Virus record (IMG/VR): IMGVR_UViG_3300031616_000015
Span: 1 to 40,705 of that record
Source of the DNA: a virus
DNA length: 40,705 nt
Reading direction: 5' to 3' (one strand)
The notes beneath the pieces were generated by a model. That model made no database searches and was not told where the DNA came from. It was given only the letters and a program-made list of their open reading frames with translations. Below, piece by piece: positions 17,587 to 26,023 of the stretch; the first letter of the stretch is position 1; the number at the start of each line of letters is the position of its first letter. Both the position numbers and the translations under genes were made by a program.

Positions 17587-17823
17587 CTACTGACGGGGTG
17601 GCCAGAAGCAGCAATGCCCGCCGGAGGTTCGCGCTTCCTCCTCAGTGTCGAACAGCGACACGGAGGTCAACCACTGCTCACTAGCCGAACCATCGTGAAT
17701 GGTCTTGACGTTGACCAGTGTGTCGTTCCATACACGCGTGATCACGGCAGGAGACAGGTCTGATCCGTTGTTGCTGACCGGATCAACCAGCGCGATCACC
17801 ATGCGACAGATGGAAGGTTTCAT
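17587..17823 (-). CDS. Hypothetical protein (78 aa; the start may instead be the internal ATG giving MVIALVDPV...)
   Basis: Track ORF with a GGGAGG SD 7 nt upstream of ATG 17823. Confidence 0.5.
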   Translation of the reverse strand: MKPSICRMVIALVDPVSNNGSDLSPAVITRVWNDTLVNVKTIHDGSASEQWLTSVSLFDTEEEARTSGGHCCFWPPRQ

Positions 17824-18119
17824 TCATGACCTCCCGAGGATGCGCTTGTCCGGCCACGTCCACCCGTCCGATGGGCAGTGGAGCTTCCCGTTCGGGGCTT
17901 GCTGGAGGGGGGTGCCGTCATTGGGGCATTCGACTGGTTCACGGTTTCGGTCAACCGCTCGCTGCTCTCGGTTGAAGAGGAGGATTTCTCCGTACTGCTC
18001 CCACGCCATTTGAATCCCTCCCGTTCGTAGAGCTTGACCAGACGCACGTCATCGTCGGTCCCCGAGTCGGCGAGCGTGCGGGCTTTGCGTTCCTCGTAGT
18101 CGCCTTGTGTCAGCTCCAT
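17820..18119 (-). CDS. Hypothetical protein (99 aa as an open frame). Only the first ~37 codons (MELTQGDYEERKARTLADSGTDDDVRLVKLYEREGFK) look coding.
   Basis: Internal ATG 18119 of track ORF 17820..18239, with an AAGGGA SD. Downstream of 18009 its third-position GC drops, and the overlapping frame (17824..18009) carries the bias. Confidence 0.4.
   Translation of the reverse strand: MELTQGDYEERKARTLADSGTDDDVRLVKLYEREGFKWRGSSTEKSSSSTESSERLTETVNQSNAPMTAPPSSKPRTGSSTAHRTGGRGRTSASSGGHE
17824..18009 (-). CDS. Small zinc-ribbon-like protein (61 aa; ECPNDG...LHCPSDG)
   Basis: Track ORF with a strong GGGAGGG SD 6 nt before ATG 18009. Its third-position GC is high compared with the overlapping frame. 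Confidence 0.6.
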   Translation of the reverse strand: MAWEQYGEILLFNREQRAVDRNREPVECPNDGTPLQQAPNGKLHCPSDGWTWPDKRILGRS

Positions 18120-18184
18120 AGTGCATCCCTTCTGTGGCGAACGCGCCGCGCCCGAACCAGGCACGGCGCGTTCAACTTCGGATG

Positions 18185-18646
18185 TTACGCCGCGACGATG
18201 GTTGCGCCAGTCACGATCGGGACATACGTGATATACCACGTGATGCCGCCGTCCGCGCCGGTTGCGGTCACCTGTTCGATGGTGCCCGCGTCGATGGCGA
18301 TGGCGTTCGCCGTTGCCATGACCGGAACCGCACCGATGCCGACGACGGGAGCCGTGGCAGCCGCGCCCGCGATGGTGATCAGGTCACCGGCGGGCGTGTC
18401 GGTCGTACCGAGGTCGGTTGCCGCGCACAGGTCCTGCGTGGTACCGGTCGTGGGGTTGGCCTGCAACTTGATGGTGTTCGCCACCGTGATTGCAGTCGTC
18501 ACCTTGCCGACGATTGACGTGATGATGCAGAGGCCGGAGACCGTGAACAGGGTCTTCGTTTCCACCACAAGCGGTGTGTATGCCTTGCTGGCCGTAGTGC
18601 CGAGCACGGCCAGCGTGAGCGCGCTGGGATTTTGAATGACGGTCAT
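18185..18646 (-). CDS. Hypothetical head-associated structural protein (153 aa, Thr/Ala/Ile/Val-rich)
   Basis: Track ORF in the head module downstream of the capsid gene. Confidence 0.6.
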   Translation of the reverse strand: MTVIQNPSALTLAVLGTTASKAYTPLVVETKTLFTVSGLCIITSIVGKVTTAITVANTIKLQANPTTGTTQDLCAATDLGTTDTPAGDLITIAGAAATAPVVGIGAVPVMATANAIAIDAGTIEQVTATGADGGITWYITYVPIVTGATIVAA

Positions 18647-18660
18647 CAGTCAGCCCCCGA

Positions 18661-19227
18661 TCACGCGTTCGCAGCGGGCGGGTTGAGCAGATTGCGCAGG
18701 TTGACGGGCTTGCGCTGGTAGCGAAGCTCGTGCAGGAAGTACAGGCACGCGGCCAACTGCGCCGTGCTCGTGGTGATCGCCGCGTTCAGGCTCAGGTGCG
18801 TGTAGCCCGTGGCCATCATCGCCGCGTTGACCTCGATGACCACCAACTTCTGCTGAGTGCCGTAGGTCGCACCGACCACCGTGCACTCAGAGGCGGTAGC
18901 ACCCGCAGTCTGGTCGATCTTTACCCACGTCTCGTCGTTGTCGAGCGCGGTCTCCGCCTTGATGTGGAACCGGGCGAGGTCGGTCGTACCCGCCACGCCG
19001 CCGGAAGTACCGCTGTCCAGGTCGGCGGAGGTGCCCGACGTGTACGCCGTATGCTGCTGAAGGTCAAGCACGAGATCTTCCGCGCCACCGACACCGGTGA
19101 CCACCACGAACGTGATGGCGTCCGCGCCGGACATCGCGATGCGCTTGCCAGTTGCGCCGTTGCTCGTGTCGAGGTCGACCGGGACCCAGCCAACACCGAT
19201 GTCAAAAAGCCTGCCGAGCGCTTCCAT
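18661..19227 (-). CDS. Hypothetical head-associated structural protein (188 aa)
   Basis: Track ORF with a gagaggggagag SD upstream of ATG 19227. Confidence 0.6.
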   Translation of the reverse strand: MEALGRLFDIGVGWVPVDLDTSNGATGKRIAMSGADAITFVVVTGVGGAEDLVLDLQQHTAYTSGTSADLDSGTSGGVAGTTDLARFHIKAETALDNDETWVKIDQTAGATASECTVVGATYGTQQKLVVIEVNAAMMATGYTHLSLNAAITTSTAQLAACLYFLHELRYQRKPVNLRNLLNPPAANA

Positions 19228-19281
19228 TGCTGTCTCTCCCCTCTCCGGGGGTGAGCCCTACTCCCGTATTTCGGGTGCGGG

Positions 19282-19539
19282 TTAGAGCGTTGCCACTCGA
19301 CCAGTGGTCAAGTAGTAGTGCACAGTACCGGATACTCCGGCGCTGACAGTGCAGGAATTCGACAGTGCGCCATCATTGAGGCCAACCGGGACTGACGTAG
19401 TACCAGAAATCAGATTCCCGTAATGCGCTGATGCCGACAGGATTACGCGCCCGGATTCACATTCAATGACCTCCGGATCACTTCCGTTCAGCATCACCGT
19501 TCCCGCTTCGACCTCAACGTCAACAACAATGTCACACAT
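19282..19539 (-). CDS. Hypothetical protein (85 aa, MCDIVVDVEVEAG...)
   Basis: Internal ATG 19539 of track ORF 19282..19572, preceded by aagggagaa (SD). The 19572 start lies inside the terminator stem, so I reject it. Confidence 0.55.
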   Translation of the reverse strand: MCDIVVDVEVEAGTVMLNGSDPEVIECESGRVILSASAHYGNLISGTTSVPVGLNDGALSNSCTVSAGVSGTVHYYLTTGRVATL

Positions 19540-19565
19540 GCACGTTTCTCCCTTTTGTTCCGAGG

Positions 19566-19616
19566 CTCGCATCGGCCAGAGGTGGGGGCGAGAGAATCAC
19601 CTCTGGCCGATGCGAG
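19566..19616 (-). terminator. Strong hairpin (19-bp perfect stem, 13-nt loop) just after the major capsid gene
   Basis: Positions 19566-19584 pair perfectly with 19598-19616 (...CTCGCATCGGCCAGAGGTG / CACCTCTGGCCGATGCGAG...). The capsid stop codon is at 19621. Confidence 0.7.
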
Positions 19617-19620
19617 GGTA

Positions 19621-20985
19621 TTAGTCCAGCGAACGCGTCTCGAGTTGAACGAACGCGCTCAGCGTCGGGCCGTTGTTCTCCGGGGTGAGCGGAGACAGGA
19701 GACCGGGCTGACCGTCCAGCCGTTCGATGATCCGGAAGTCGGTCTTGTCGGAGGTGAACGCGCTGTGCTCGGAGGTGTCCAGCGTCATCGTCATGGTGTC
19801 GCCGATGACGTACTTCGACCAGTCGACCAGCGAAATGTCACCCTGCGTACCGAGCACGGCCGGAGCCTTGCGAGTCCAGCGGATCGGGATGCCCAGGAGG
19901 GACATGGGCAGACGCTGCGGTCCGGCACCCTCGCCGAGCATGACCGCACTGCCACCCGTGCCCACGGGCAGGGCCATCGAGAAGATCTCCGGGATGGCGT
20001 CGGGGGTGATGTCCCACTCGGCGTTGCCGTACGACTCGGGCAGCAGCCGGGCGAACATCGCGAGGACGTTGTTCCACGTGATGGTTGGCGTGCTCTGGCC
20101 GGATTCGTCACCGACCACGATGAGCGCCGGGTTGTCGGCGTGCAGGCCACCGAGCGGCTTGTTGACGCCGTTGCCCTTGATGAACCCGAGGTCTTCGAAG
20201 TGCATGACGGCCAGCGGCATTGCCTGCCGCACCCACGCCTCAAGGGCGGTGGCGTCGCGCACGAGTTCGTTCGGGATCCGAGCCAGGCCGCCCAGCTTGT
20301 GGGCAACCAGCGCGAGCGCAGCGAACGTGCCGGAGGTCGGAGTGAACTCCTCCCCCTCGTCCAGCCATGACATGACGATGCCACCGAAGACCTCGCCCAC
20401 CTCAGTGGTGAAGTCGAGCACGGGCCACCGCAGCTTGCTCGTGCTCATCGGCACGACCATGGCCTGCGAACGGACGATACTGGCCTCGAGAGTCAGTGCC
20501 AGGATCTCCGCCCGAGTCTCCTCGGGGACGAGGTAGCCGCCCTCGCTCGGGATGCGCTCCGAGTAGGCAGCGGTGAATTCCTGGTACGCGGCAAGCCGCG
20601 CGTGCTGCTCCTTGGTGAGCTTCTTCTGCGGGGTGAGGATGTCGGACAACATCTGCCCGCCCGTGGCCCACGTCTTGTTCAGTGCGCCGGGAGCGCCAGC
20701 GTTGTACGTGCCGCCCTTTGCGCCAGCGAGCGCGATGCGCTCCGAGTCCGGGCGCACGCCGTTGCGCTTCGCGAGGTCGATGACGGACGCTGTGATCTGC
20801 TCTGTCAACTCCGACTTCAGGTCGGTCATCGCCTTGTCGCGGGAACCGATGTAGCCGTTGAGCTTTTCGCGGAAGTCGCCGGACTTCAGGTTTTCGGCGA
20901 AGACCTCGGGAGAGGTCATGGTCGTGTTGAGGTATTCCTCCCACTGAATCTGATTGGTGGGTACCGCCTTGACGGGTGCGGTCAT
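19621..20985 (-). CDS. Major capsid protein, HK97 fold type, with an N-terminal delta/scaffold-like domain (454 aa)
   Basis: Track ORF following the protease gene (ATGA overlap). The N-terminal third is coiled-coil-like. The remainder resembles HK97-family capsid proteins (from memory, supported by synteny). Confidence 0.85.
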   Translation of the reverse strand: MTAPVKAVPTNQIQWEEYLNTTMTSPEVFAENLKSGDFREKLNGYIGSRDKAMTDLKSELTEQITASVIDLAKRNGVRPDSERIALAGAKGGTYNAGAPGALNKTWATGGQMLSDILTPQKKLTKEQHARLAAYQEFTAAYSERIPSEGGYLVPEETRAEILALTLEASIVRSQAMVVPMSTSKLRWPVLDFTTEVGEVFGGIVMSWLDEGEEFTPTSGTFAALALVAHKLGGLARIPNELVRDATALEAWVRQAMPLAVMHFEDLGFIKGNGVNKPLGGLHADNPALIVVGDESGQSTPTITWNNVLAMFARLLPESYGNAEWDITPDAIPEIFSMALPVGTGGSAVMLGEGAGPQRLPMSLLGIPIRWTRKAPAVLGTQGDISLVDWSKYVIGDTMTMTLDTSEHSAFTSDKTDFRIIERLDGQPGLLSPLTPENNGPTLSAFVQLETRSLD

Positions 20986-22031
20986 GCGAACAATCCTTTC
21001 AATGCGGTATGGATACCCTCAACGTCGACTGACGTTACGGGAGTGGGTTCGGGTTCGATGGACGGAATCGGCCAGGAGGGCAAACGGCCGGACGTGAACA
21101 ACGAGTGCAGCGCGGTGAGGACGTCGGGTGCGGCGGCGTTCGATGGCGTGACCTTGTTGGCCGAACCGCCGATGCGTGTCACGAGCTTGGCGTCAAGCGC
21201 TGTCTGCGCCGTGTACCACGTATCACCGGAGTTCAGCAGGGCCAGCCATTCGGCCGTGTCGCCACCGACGCGCGAGGCATAGATGCCCGCCATGGTTTCG
21301 GTCAGCATGTCGAGCACGTCGGCCTGCGCGCGCATGTCCTTGGCAGTGCCGTACACCCCGCCGGATCCGGCGTGCACCATCACGGTCGCCGCCGGTTCCA
21401 TGACGACTTCCTCACCGGCGAGCATGATGACGGACGCGGCGGACGCGGCAACGCCGTCGACGTACGAACGGACCGTTCCGCCCGCGTAGTTATCCAGCGC
21501 GGCGTAGATGGCAGCGCCTTCGAAGATCGCACCGCCGCCGGAGTTGATGTGCACGTCAACGTCACCGGTCACGCCAGTCAGCGCATCGACCACATCCATT
21601 GCTGTGATGCCGTCATATCCGCCGATGTAGTCATAGATGTAGAGCTGATTCGCTTTGGCTCCGGCACCGGACGCTGAGGCGAGAGTTTCGTGTTCGAACC
21701 GAAGCTTCTCGGTGGGGCCGACCGCGTTGGTGAACGTCTTGGCGGAGAAGAGGGCAGAAACCTTCCGCATGCTCTCGATCGCCGCGACCTGTTCGGGTGT
21801 CATTGCATTCCCTCCACGTCGCTTGGCGACTTTTCCACGGCAGTGATTTCCGAATTCCTCGCCGACACAGTTGACGAATCCCTTACCGCCGGGATAGTCA
21901 GCATACGCATCTTCACGATTCTTGTAGAGCTTACCGTCGTTGTCGAGGCAAGGTTGACAGGTGTTGTCATCGATATGTTCGACAGCAACCCATCGATTTG
22001 CGAGAACCGGATGCGGATCGATTCGCCCCAC
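20982..22031 (-). CDS. Capsid maturation protease (ClpP/S14-like) fused to a short N-terminal MuF-like Cys motif (349 aa)
   Basis: VHINSGGGAIFEG...GVAASAASVIMLAG is ClpP-like. The N-terminal CQPCLDNDGKLY...NHCRGK resembles the C-terminal zinc motif of MuF/SPP1 gp7 head morphogenesis proteins. The gene lies between portal and capsid. Confidence 0.8.
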   Translation of the reverse strand: MGRIDPHPVLANRWVAVEHIDDNTCQPCLDNDGKLYKNREDAYADYPGGKGFVNCVGEEFGNHCRGKVAKRRGGNAMTPEQVAAIESMRKVSALFSAKTFTNAVGPTEKLRFEHETLASASGAGAKANQLYIYDYIGGYDGITAMDVVDALTGVTGDVDVHINSGGGAIFEGAAIYAALDNYAGGTVRSYVDGVAASAASVIMLAGEEVVMEPAATVMVHAGSGGVYGTAKDMRAQADVLDMLTETMAGIYASRVGGDTAEWLALLNSGDTWYTAQTALDAKLVTRIGGSANKVTPSNAAAPDVLTALHSLFTSGRLPSWPIPSIEPEPTPVTSVDVEGIHTALKGLFA

Positions 22032-22032
22032 A

Positions 22033-23298
22033 TCATGCCCCGATCGCAGCGGGAACGGGCGTTGCTGTGATCACGGGGCGTGGCGGCGGCTCCGGCAGAC
22101 CAGCCACCTGAGCGGCGTAGACCGGATCCTCCCCGGCGTTCACCAACAGCGCGTACACCTGAGCCTCAGCGAGCTTGTCGGCGCGTGCGGCCTCGCGGTC
22201 GAACGGCACAGGGTTGCTGTAGACGAACGACAGGTCAGGCGTCCACATCCCACCGAACTGAGGACCAAAGTCGTTGTTGAGCATGCCCTTCCACCGGTCG
22301 AGACGCGGCACGGTCAGCGTCTCCCCGAACCATGCCTTGCTCGCCTCAGCGGTGGCGCGGTTGACATCCTCGACTACACCGACCGCGAACTTGCTCATGC
22401 CGAATGCGAGTAGCACGGTGTCACGGTTCAGGTTCGCGGTCTCCACGAATTGCATGTCAGCAACGGACATGGGCTTGACGTCAAGCCAGTCGCCATCTTC
22501 GAGGAAGGCAGTGCGGTTGGCGTTGCGCACGCCCTGATGCCCGAGGTTGAATCGCTCCACAAGCTGATTGAATTCGGGATCGGACATCTGCCGTGACAAC
22601 TTGATGATGCCGCCGGGACGTGCGCCATTCTGAAAGAATGCCGCGTTCCATTCCGCAGAATAGTTACCCGCGTCAATGTTACTCAGAATGGTCTGAACGG
22701 GACCCATTCCCCGATAGGGATTCTTCGGGTTGGGCATCCGAATGGAGAGGACGTCCTCTTTCCGAATGGGCATTTCCTGGCCGTTCGGATCGACGTAGAT
22801 GTATCCCACGAGGAAATCCGTACGATCGGTGACGACAATCATCCGGTCGGGGCGCGCCACCCACAACTCGTATGGCACCGACCCCAACCGGGAGACGACA
22901 GTCCAGCCTTCACCGGTCAGATCAACGTGCTGCTGACCCGATTCGAAGTACTCCTGAGTCGTGTAGTAGTCGTTCGGCTTGCCCAGCACCGACAGCGCGG
23001 GATGCTTCGGCACGTCCACAACGCCCGGCATCTCGCACTTCCCGCGCGCATCCTCGTACGTGCACACCGCGCCGGGAGACCTGCGGTGCAGGTGCCAGCA
23101 CTCTTTAGCCACGGCCGTGCTCGTACGGTTGACGATGGAGAACAGGGTCGCGTTCGCGCCCATCGCGTCCATCTGCGCGACCTGGTTGCCACGGTCGGGA
23201 CGACCGGTACCCCATCGTCCCTGCATGCCAGCAGACACGTAGGGGATGGGGGTGCTGTTGACAAAACTTGACAGCAGCGTTCGCCCGAGTGACCTCAT
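22033..23298 (-). CDS. Portal protein (421 aa)
   Basis: Track ORF immediately upstream of the protease. Its size and sequence resemble HK97-family portals (from memory, supported by synteny). Confidence 0.85.
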   Translation of the reverse strand: MRSLGRTLLSSFVNSTPIPYVSAGMQGRWGTGRPDRGNQVAQMDAMGANATLFSIVNRTSTAVAKECWHLHRRSPGAVCTYEDARGKCEMPGVVDVPKHPALSVLGKPNDYYTTQEYFESGQQHVDLTGEGWTVVSRLGSVPYELWVARPDRMIVVTDRTDFLVGYIYVDPNGQEMPIRKEDVLSIRMPNPKNPYRGMGPVQTILSNIDAGNYSAEWNAAFFQNGARPGGIIKLSRQMSDPEFNQLVERFNLGHQGVRNANRTAFLEDGDWLDVKPMSVADMQFVETANLNRDTVLLAFGMSKFAVGVVEDVNRATAEASKAWFGETLTVPRLDRWKGMLNNDFGPQFGGMWTPDLSFVYSNPVPFDREAARADKLAEAQVYALLVNAGEDPVYAAQVAGLPEPPPRPVITATPVPAAIGA

Positions 23299-23570
23299 CG
23301 GCGTTCGCGCTTCGGCGACTCACCCGAGAGCATTTCGAGGATCAGCAAGGACACCCCGATGGCGGCATACCCCCACAGGTGGGAATAACCCCACACCGCA
23401 TAGCTGAGGAAACCGAACGCCGTGACCTGCATGACGGTCGTGCGTACCTTCGGCCAGGAAGGCAGCACCGAGGCGAAGAATCGGACGAGCACGAGGAGGA
23501 TCGGTGTTCGTGCTGGCCGCGTACGGCGCGCGGTGCGACCCCCTGCCCACGCTTCCGTAATGCTCGTCAT
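23295..23570 (-). CDS. Membrane protein (91 aa, 2-3 TM segments)
   Basis: Track ORF. Hydrophobic segments are ILLVLVRFFASVL, VTAFGFLSYAVWGY and AAIGVSLLILEML. It has an ATGA overlap with the portal start. Confidence 0.55.
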   Translation of the reverse strand: MTSITEAWAGGRTARRTRPARTPILLVLVRFFASVLPSWPKVRTTVMQVTAFGFLSYAVWGYSHLWGYAAIGVSLLILEMLSGESPKRERR

Positions 23571-23587
23571 GGCGCGAGCATACAGCA

Positions 23588-23617
23588 GAAACGCCCAGCA
23601 CCGCAGTGCTGGGCGTT
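23588..23617 (-). terminator. Hairpin with a 13-bp perfect stem and 4-nt loop (AAACGCCCAGCAC-cgca-GTGCTGGGCGTTT)
   Basis: Read directly. It lies about 60 nt downstream of the stop (23679) of the last gene of the small-gene cassette. Confidence 0.6.
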
Positions 23618-23678
23618 TCGCCGTCCCCCGCGTGGGATCCGCACGGTTGAGCTGAACAGTCGGGAGGAGTCTAGCTCA

Positions 23679-23831
23679 CTACTTCCCTCTGTGCCGACCG
23701 GGCTTGGCCGCATGCTTGCCCGGTTTGATGATCGGTCCGACAGCCTTGCCTTTCGGCTGAATCATCCGGCTGCTGGCGTAGGTGGCGGATCCGGCCGTGC
23801 CCGTGACCTTGGTCGGCTTGTTCTTTCCCAT
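23679..23831 (-). CDS. Small, highly basic protein (50 aa: MGKNKPTKVTGTAGSATYASSRMIQPKGKAVGPIIKPGKHAAKPGRHRGK). It is below the ORF-track cutoff.
   Basis: Hand translation from ATG 23831, which is preceded by gagaggtaagg (SD). It replaces the implausible 113-aa track ORF 23671..24012 in another frame. Confidence 0.5.
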   Translation of the reverse strand: MGKNKPTKVTGTAGSATYASSRMIQPKGKAVGPIIKPGKHAAKPGRHRGK

Positions 23832-23836
23832 GTGCC

Positions 23837-24028
23837 TTACCTCTCATCATCCACGATGCAGACTTCCACCAATTCGTTGACGATGTCCTGTAGCTCTCGC
23901 TCCTGTTCCTTCTCGGACATTTCTCGCCACTCGCCCCACGTGTAGCCGAGCTCACCCTTTCCGTACATCGAAATGTTCTTGTTACTCGCGTAGCGGTAGA
24001 CGACCGGATCACTATCCGCGTGTGCCAT
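23837..24028 (-). CDS. Hypothetical acidic protein (63 aa, MAHADSDPVVYRY...)
   Basis: Internal ATG 24028 of track ORF 23837..24145. It shares one nt with the upstream TAA stop (TAATG). Confidence 0.5.
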   Translation of the reverse strand: MAHADSDPVVYRYASNKNISMYGKGELGYTWGEWREMSEKEQERELQDIVNELVEVCIVDDER

Positions 24029-24201
24029 TACCTTCCTTCCTGAATCAATAGGATTCCGAATACAAAGAGCGACGCGGCCAGGAGCATAGTCCCCGCGCAC
24101 TCGATGACCTGAGTCGATCCGTGCGGAATACCCGCGTAGATCCATCCGACAACCGCAGACAGCGGCCCGAATATCACCAACGCAATACCCAGCGCGCGCA
24201 T
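24028..24201 (-). CDS. Small membrane protein with two TM segments (57 aa, MRALGIALVIFGPLSAVVGWIYAG...LLAASLFVFGILLI)
   Basis: Internal ATG 24201 of track ORF 24028..24333. It overlaps the upstream stop (TGATG). Confidence 0.5.
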   Translation of the reverse strand: MRALGIALVIFGPLSAVVGWIYAGIPHGSTQVIECAGTMLLAASLFVFGILLIQEGR

Positions 24202-24401
24202 CAGTAGATCATGCTTTCCGGGACGGCGTGATGGTCGACGGTCAGTGACCGATCGATGTGATACCAGCCGGACCAAAAATGCATCTCGGCGCGCGCCTGA
24301 TCCCGTGTCAGGTATTCGCAGGGCTCGCCGCATTCGTGCAGACTATCCACGCCAACGTATGGCACCTTCGCCACGCACTTCTGCGTTCCACTCTCCGCCA
24401 T
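24201..24401 (-). CDS. Hypothetical Cys-containing protein (66 aa, MAESGTQKCVAK...HECGEPCEY...)
   Basis: Internal ATG 24401 of track ORF 24201..24458, one nt after the TGA stop of the upstream gene. Confidence 0.5.
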   Translation of the reverse strand: MAESGTQKCVAKVPYVGVDSLHECGEPCEYLTRDQARAEMHFWSGWYHIDRSLTVDHHAVPESMIY

Positions 24402-24402
24402 G

Positions 24403-24642
24403 TCAGGCCCTTCCGTGCTTCTCGATGAACTTGTGAGCGTACATTTCGGCTTCGGCAAAGGTGGCCTCTACGCGAAGAACCTCACCATTCGGATGCTGCA
24501 CATACCAGTCACAACGCGAGAACTTCGAAGCGCCGTAGTTTGCGCGAACGATCTCGAATCCGGTTGCCTTGTCCAGATAGTGACCAGCCTTGACGCGCCG
24601 AAACTTGATCGGTTCCTGGCTGGCCGTTCCGCTCTCCGTCAT
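24403..24642 (-). CDS. Hypothetical protein (79 aa), leaderless; first gene of the cassette between terminase and portal
   Basis: Track ORF. ATG 24642 sits 7 nt after the -10 box of the 24650-24678 promoter. Confidence 0.6.
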   Translation of the reverse strand: MTESGTASQEPIKFRRVKAGHYLDKATGFEIVRANYGASKFSRCDWYVQHPNGEVLRVEATFAEAEMYAHKFIEKHGRA

Positions 24643-24649
24643 GTCAACT

Positions 24650-24678
24650 ACACTACGGCATCGAGCCTAGCGTGTCAA
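24650..24678 (-). promoter_or_regulatory. Promoter TTGACA-N17-TAGTGT followed by AGTTGAC-ATG (leaderless)
   Basis: The - strand reads cCTAGTTGACAcgctaggctcgatgccgTAGTGTagttgacATG. The TAG of the upstream box (24679-24681) is the terminase stop codon. Confidence 0.6.
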
Positions 24679-26013
24679 CTAGGCGAAGCGAACGCGCGTC
24701 ACGCCGTGCAGGTCGAGGTCGGCGACCACGTACCGCGCCGCGTCCATCGAGTCATCCTCGTCCTTGTGAGGCACTTCCTTGCTGGGCTTACCGTCCGCCG
24801 TCATTTCCCACACGTAGCCCTCGATCTCCTGTGCGAAGCCGATCGGCTTGCCAGCCTCGACCATCGACTCATCGCGAGAGACCAGCGAATCGCGGCACAC
24901 GTACAGCCGTGGCTTCCCGTCCGGCTGCACCCGTAGCCGCGCCGCCACGGCCTGCAAACCATCGCTGACGGTCTTCTGGGCGGGCACAGTGCCCATGCCT
25001 AGGTGGCGCTCGAGCGTGGCCCGGTCTTCAGCATCGTGGTCACAGACGATGGCACGCGGCTTCGGATACTTCCACGTCACCCCGTCCGCTTTCGTGACCA
25101 CCTTCAGGATCTCTTTCGCGTGATCCTCGACCAGCGTCTTGGTGCGGTAGATCTCCTTCTCGAGCCACAACCGGCCGTCCGGATCGATGGCCCACATCTG
25201 CCACACGAACGGGTGCGTATAGCCAAAGTCGACACCCCATATACGCGTCCACTCGTGGGGCAACACCTTGCGGTCAGAGAGGTGCACCTCTGGCCGCCAG
25301 TCCTCGTAGATCATGCCCTCTGCTGCGGCCCAGCGCCCGTATCGCAGACGTTCCTTACGCACCCCGGTAAGGGCGTCCAGCTTCTCGATGTACGCCTTAC
25401 CGCGCGCTGTGAGCCTGCCGCTCGGATCGAACAGGACGGGGTTGTCCTCATGCCGTGAATACAGCATGGTCGTCTTACCGTCATCGCACCGTTTCTTCAG
25501 CCAGTGCGAAGGCTGCTGCGGATTGCAGTCGGCAAGCAATTGCTGTGTCGGAATGCGCCCGTTGCGCAATCGGGAGGTGATCATCTCCCAATCGTTGAGC
25601 GTCAGTTCTGTCGCTTCCTGCACGTAGGCGCAGTCGTATTCCGAGGACATGATTTTCATGGGCTTGTCCATACCGCCGACCGACACGGTACTGCCATTCG
25701 AGTAGCGGAATGCGGCAGGCTCGGAGCCGCTACCGCCATACCATTCGACGATGCCCGTCTCCAGCGCCTCAGGCAGTACGTGCTCGCGGAAGGTGACGAG
25801 TCCCGTGTTCGTCAGTGAGACGTGCGTCTTGCGCACCATGAGTACGCGCACGCTGTCGGTGCTCAGGCAGCGCGCGTGGATGCGCTCGAGGATCCCGCGC
25901 GACTTCCCCGTGCCCGCCGCGCCAGCCAGCAAGACTTCCGGCTCACGCCGCTTGAATAGTTCGAGCGCTGCCCCGCGTGCACGGTAACAGCGCTCGATGA
26001 TCTTTCCCGCCAT
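24679..26013 (-). CDS. terL: Terminase large subunit (444 aa)
   Basis: It has a Walker A motif (GAAGTGKS), a Walker B-like motif (YDCAYVQEATE) and a C-terminal nuclease-like region (WGVDFGYTHPF...DEDDSMDA). Confidence 0.9.
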   Translation of the reverse strand: MAGKIIERCYRARGAALELFKRREPEVLLAGAAGTGKSRGILERIHARCLSTDSVRVLMVRKTHVSLTNTGLVTFREHVLPEALETGIVEWYGGSGSEPAAFRYSNGSTVSVGGMDKPMKIMSSEYDCAYVQEATELTLNDWEMITSRLRNGRIPTQQLLADCNPQQPSHWLKKRCDDGKTTMLYSRHEDNPVLFDPSGRLTARGKAYIEKLDALTGVRKERLRYGRWAAAEGMIYEDWRPEVHLSDRKVLPHEWTRIWGVDFGYTHPFVWQMWAIDPDGRLWLEKEIYRTKTLVEDHAKEILKVVTKADGVTWKYPKPRAIVCDHDAEDRATLERHLGMGTVPAQKTVSDGLQAVAARLRVQPDGKPRLYVCRDSLVSRDESMVEAGKPIGFAQEIEGYVWEMTADGKPSKEVPHKDEDDSMDAARYVVADLDLHGVTRVRFA

Positions 26014-26023
26014 GCCGACTAGT

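Noticed and set aside
23671-24012. A 113-aa track ORF (MIRSSTATRVTRTF...)
   Set aside because: It overlaps two better-supported coupled genes in other frames (23837..24028 and the SD-preceded 50-aa ORF 23679..23831). Its C-terminal half (GKEQADQGHGHGRIRHLRQQPDD...) looks like off-frame translation.
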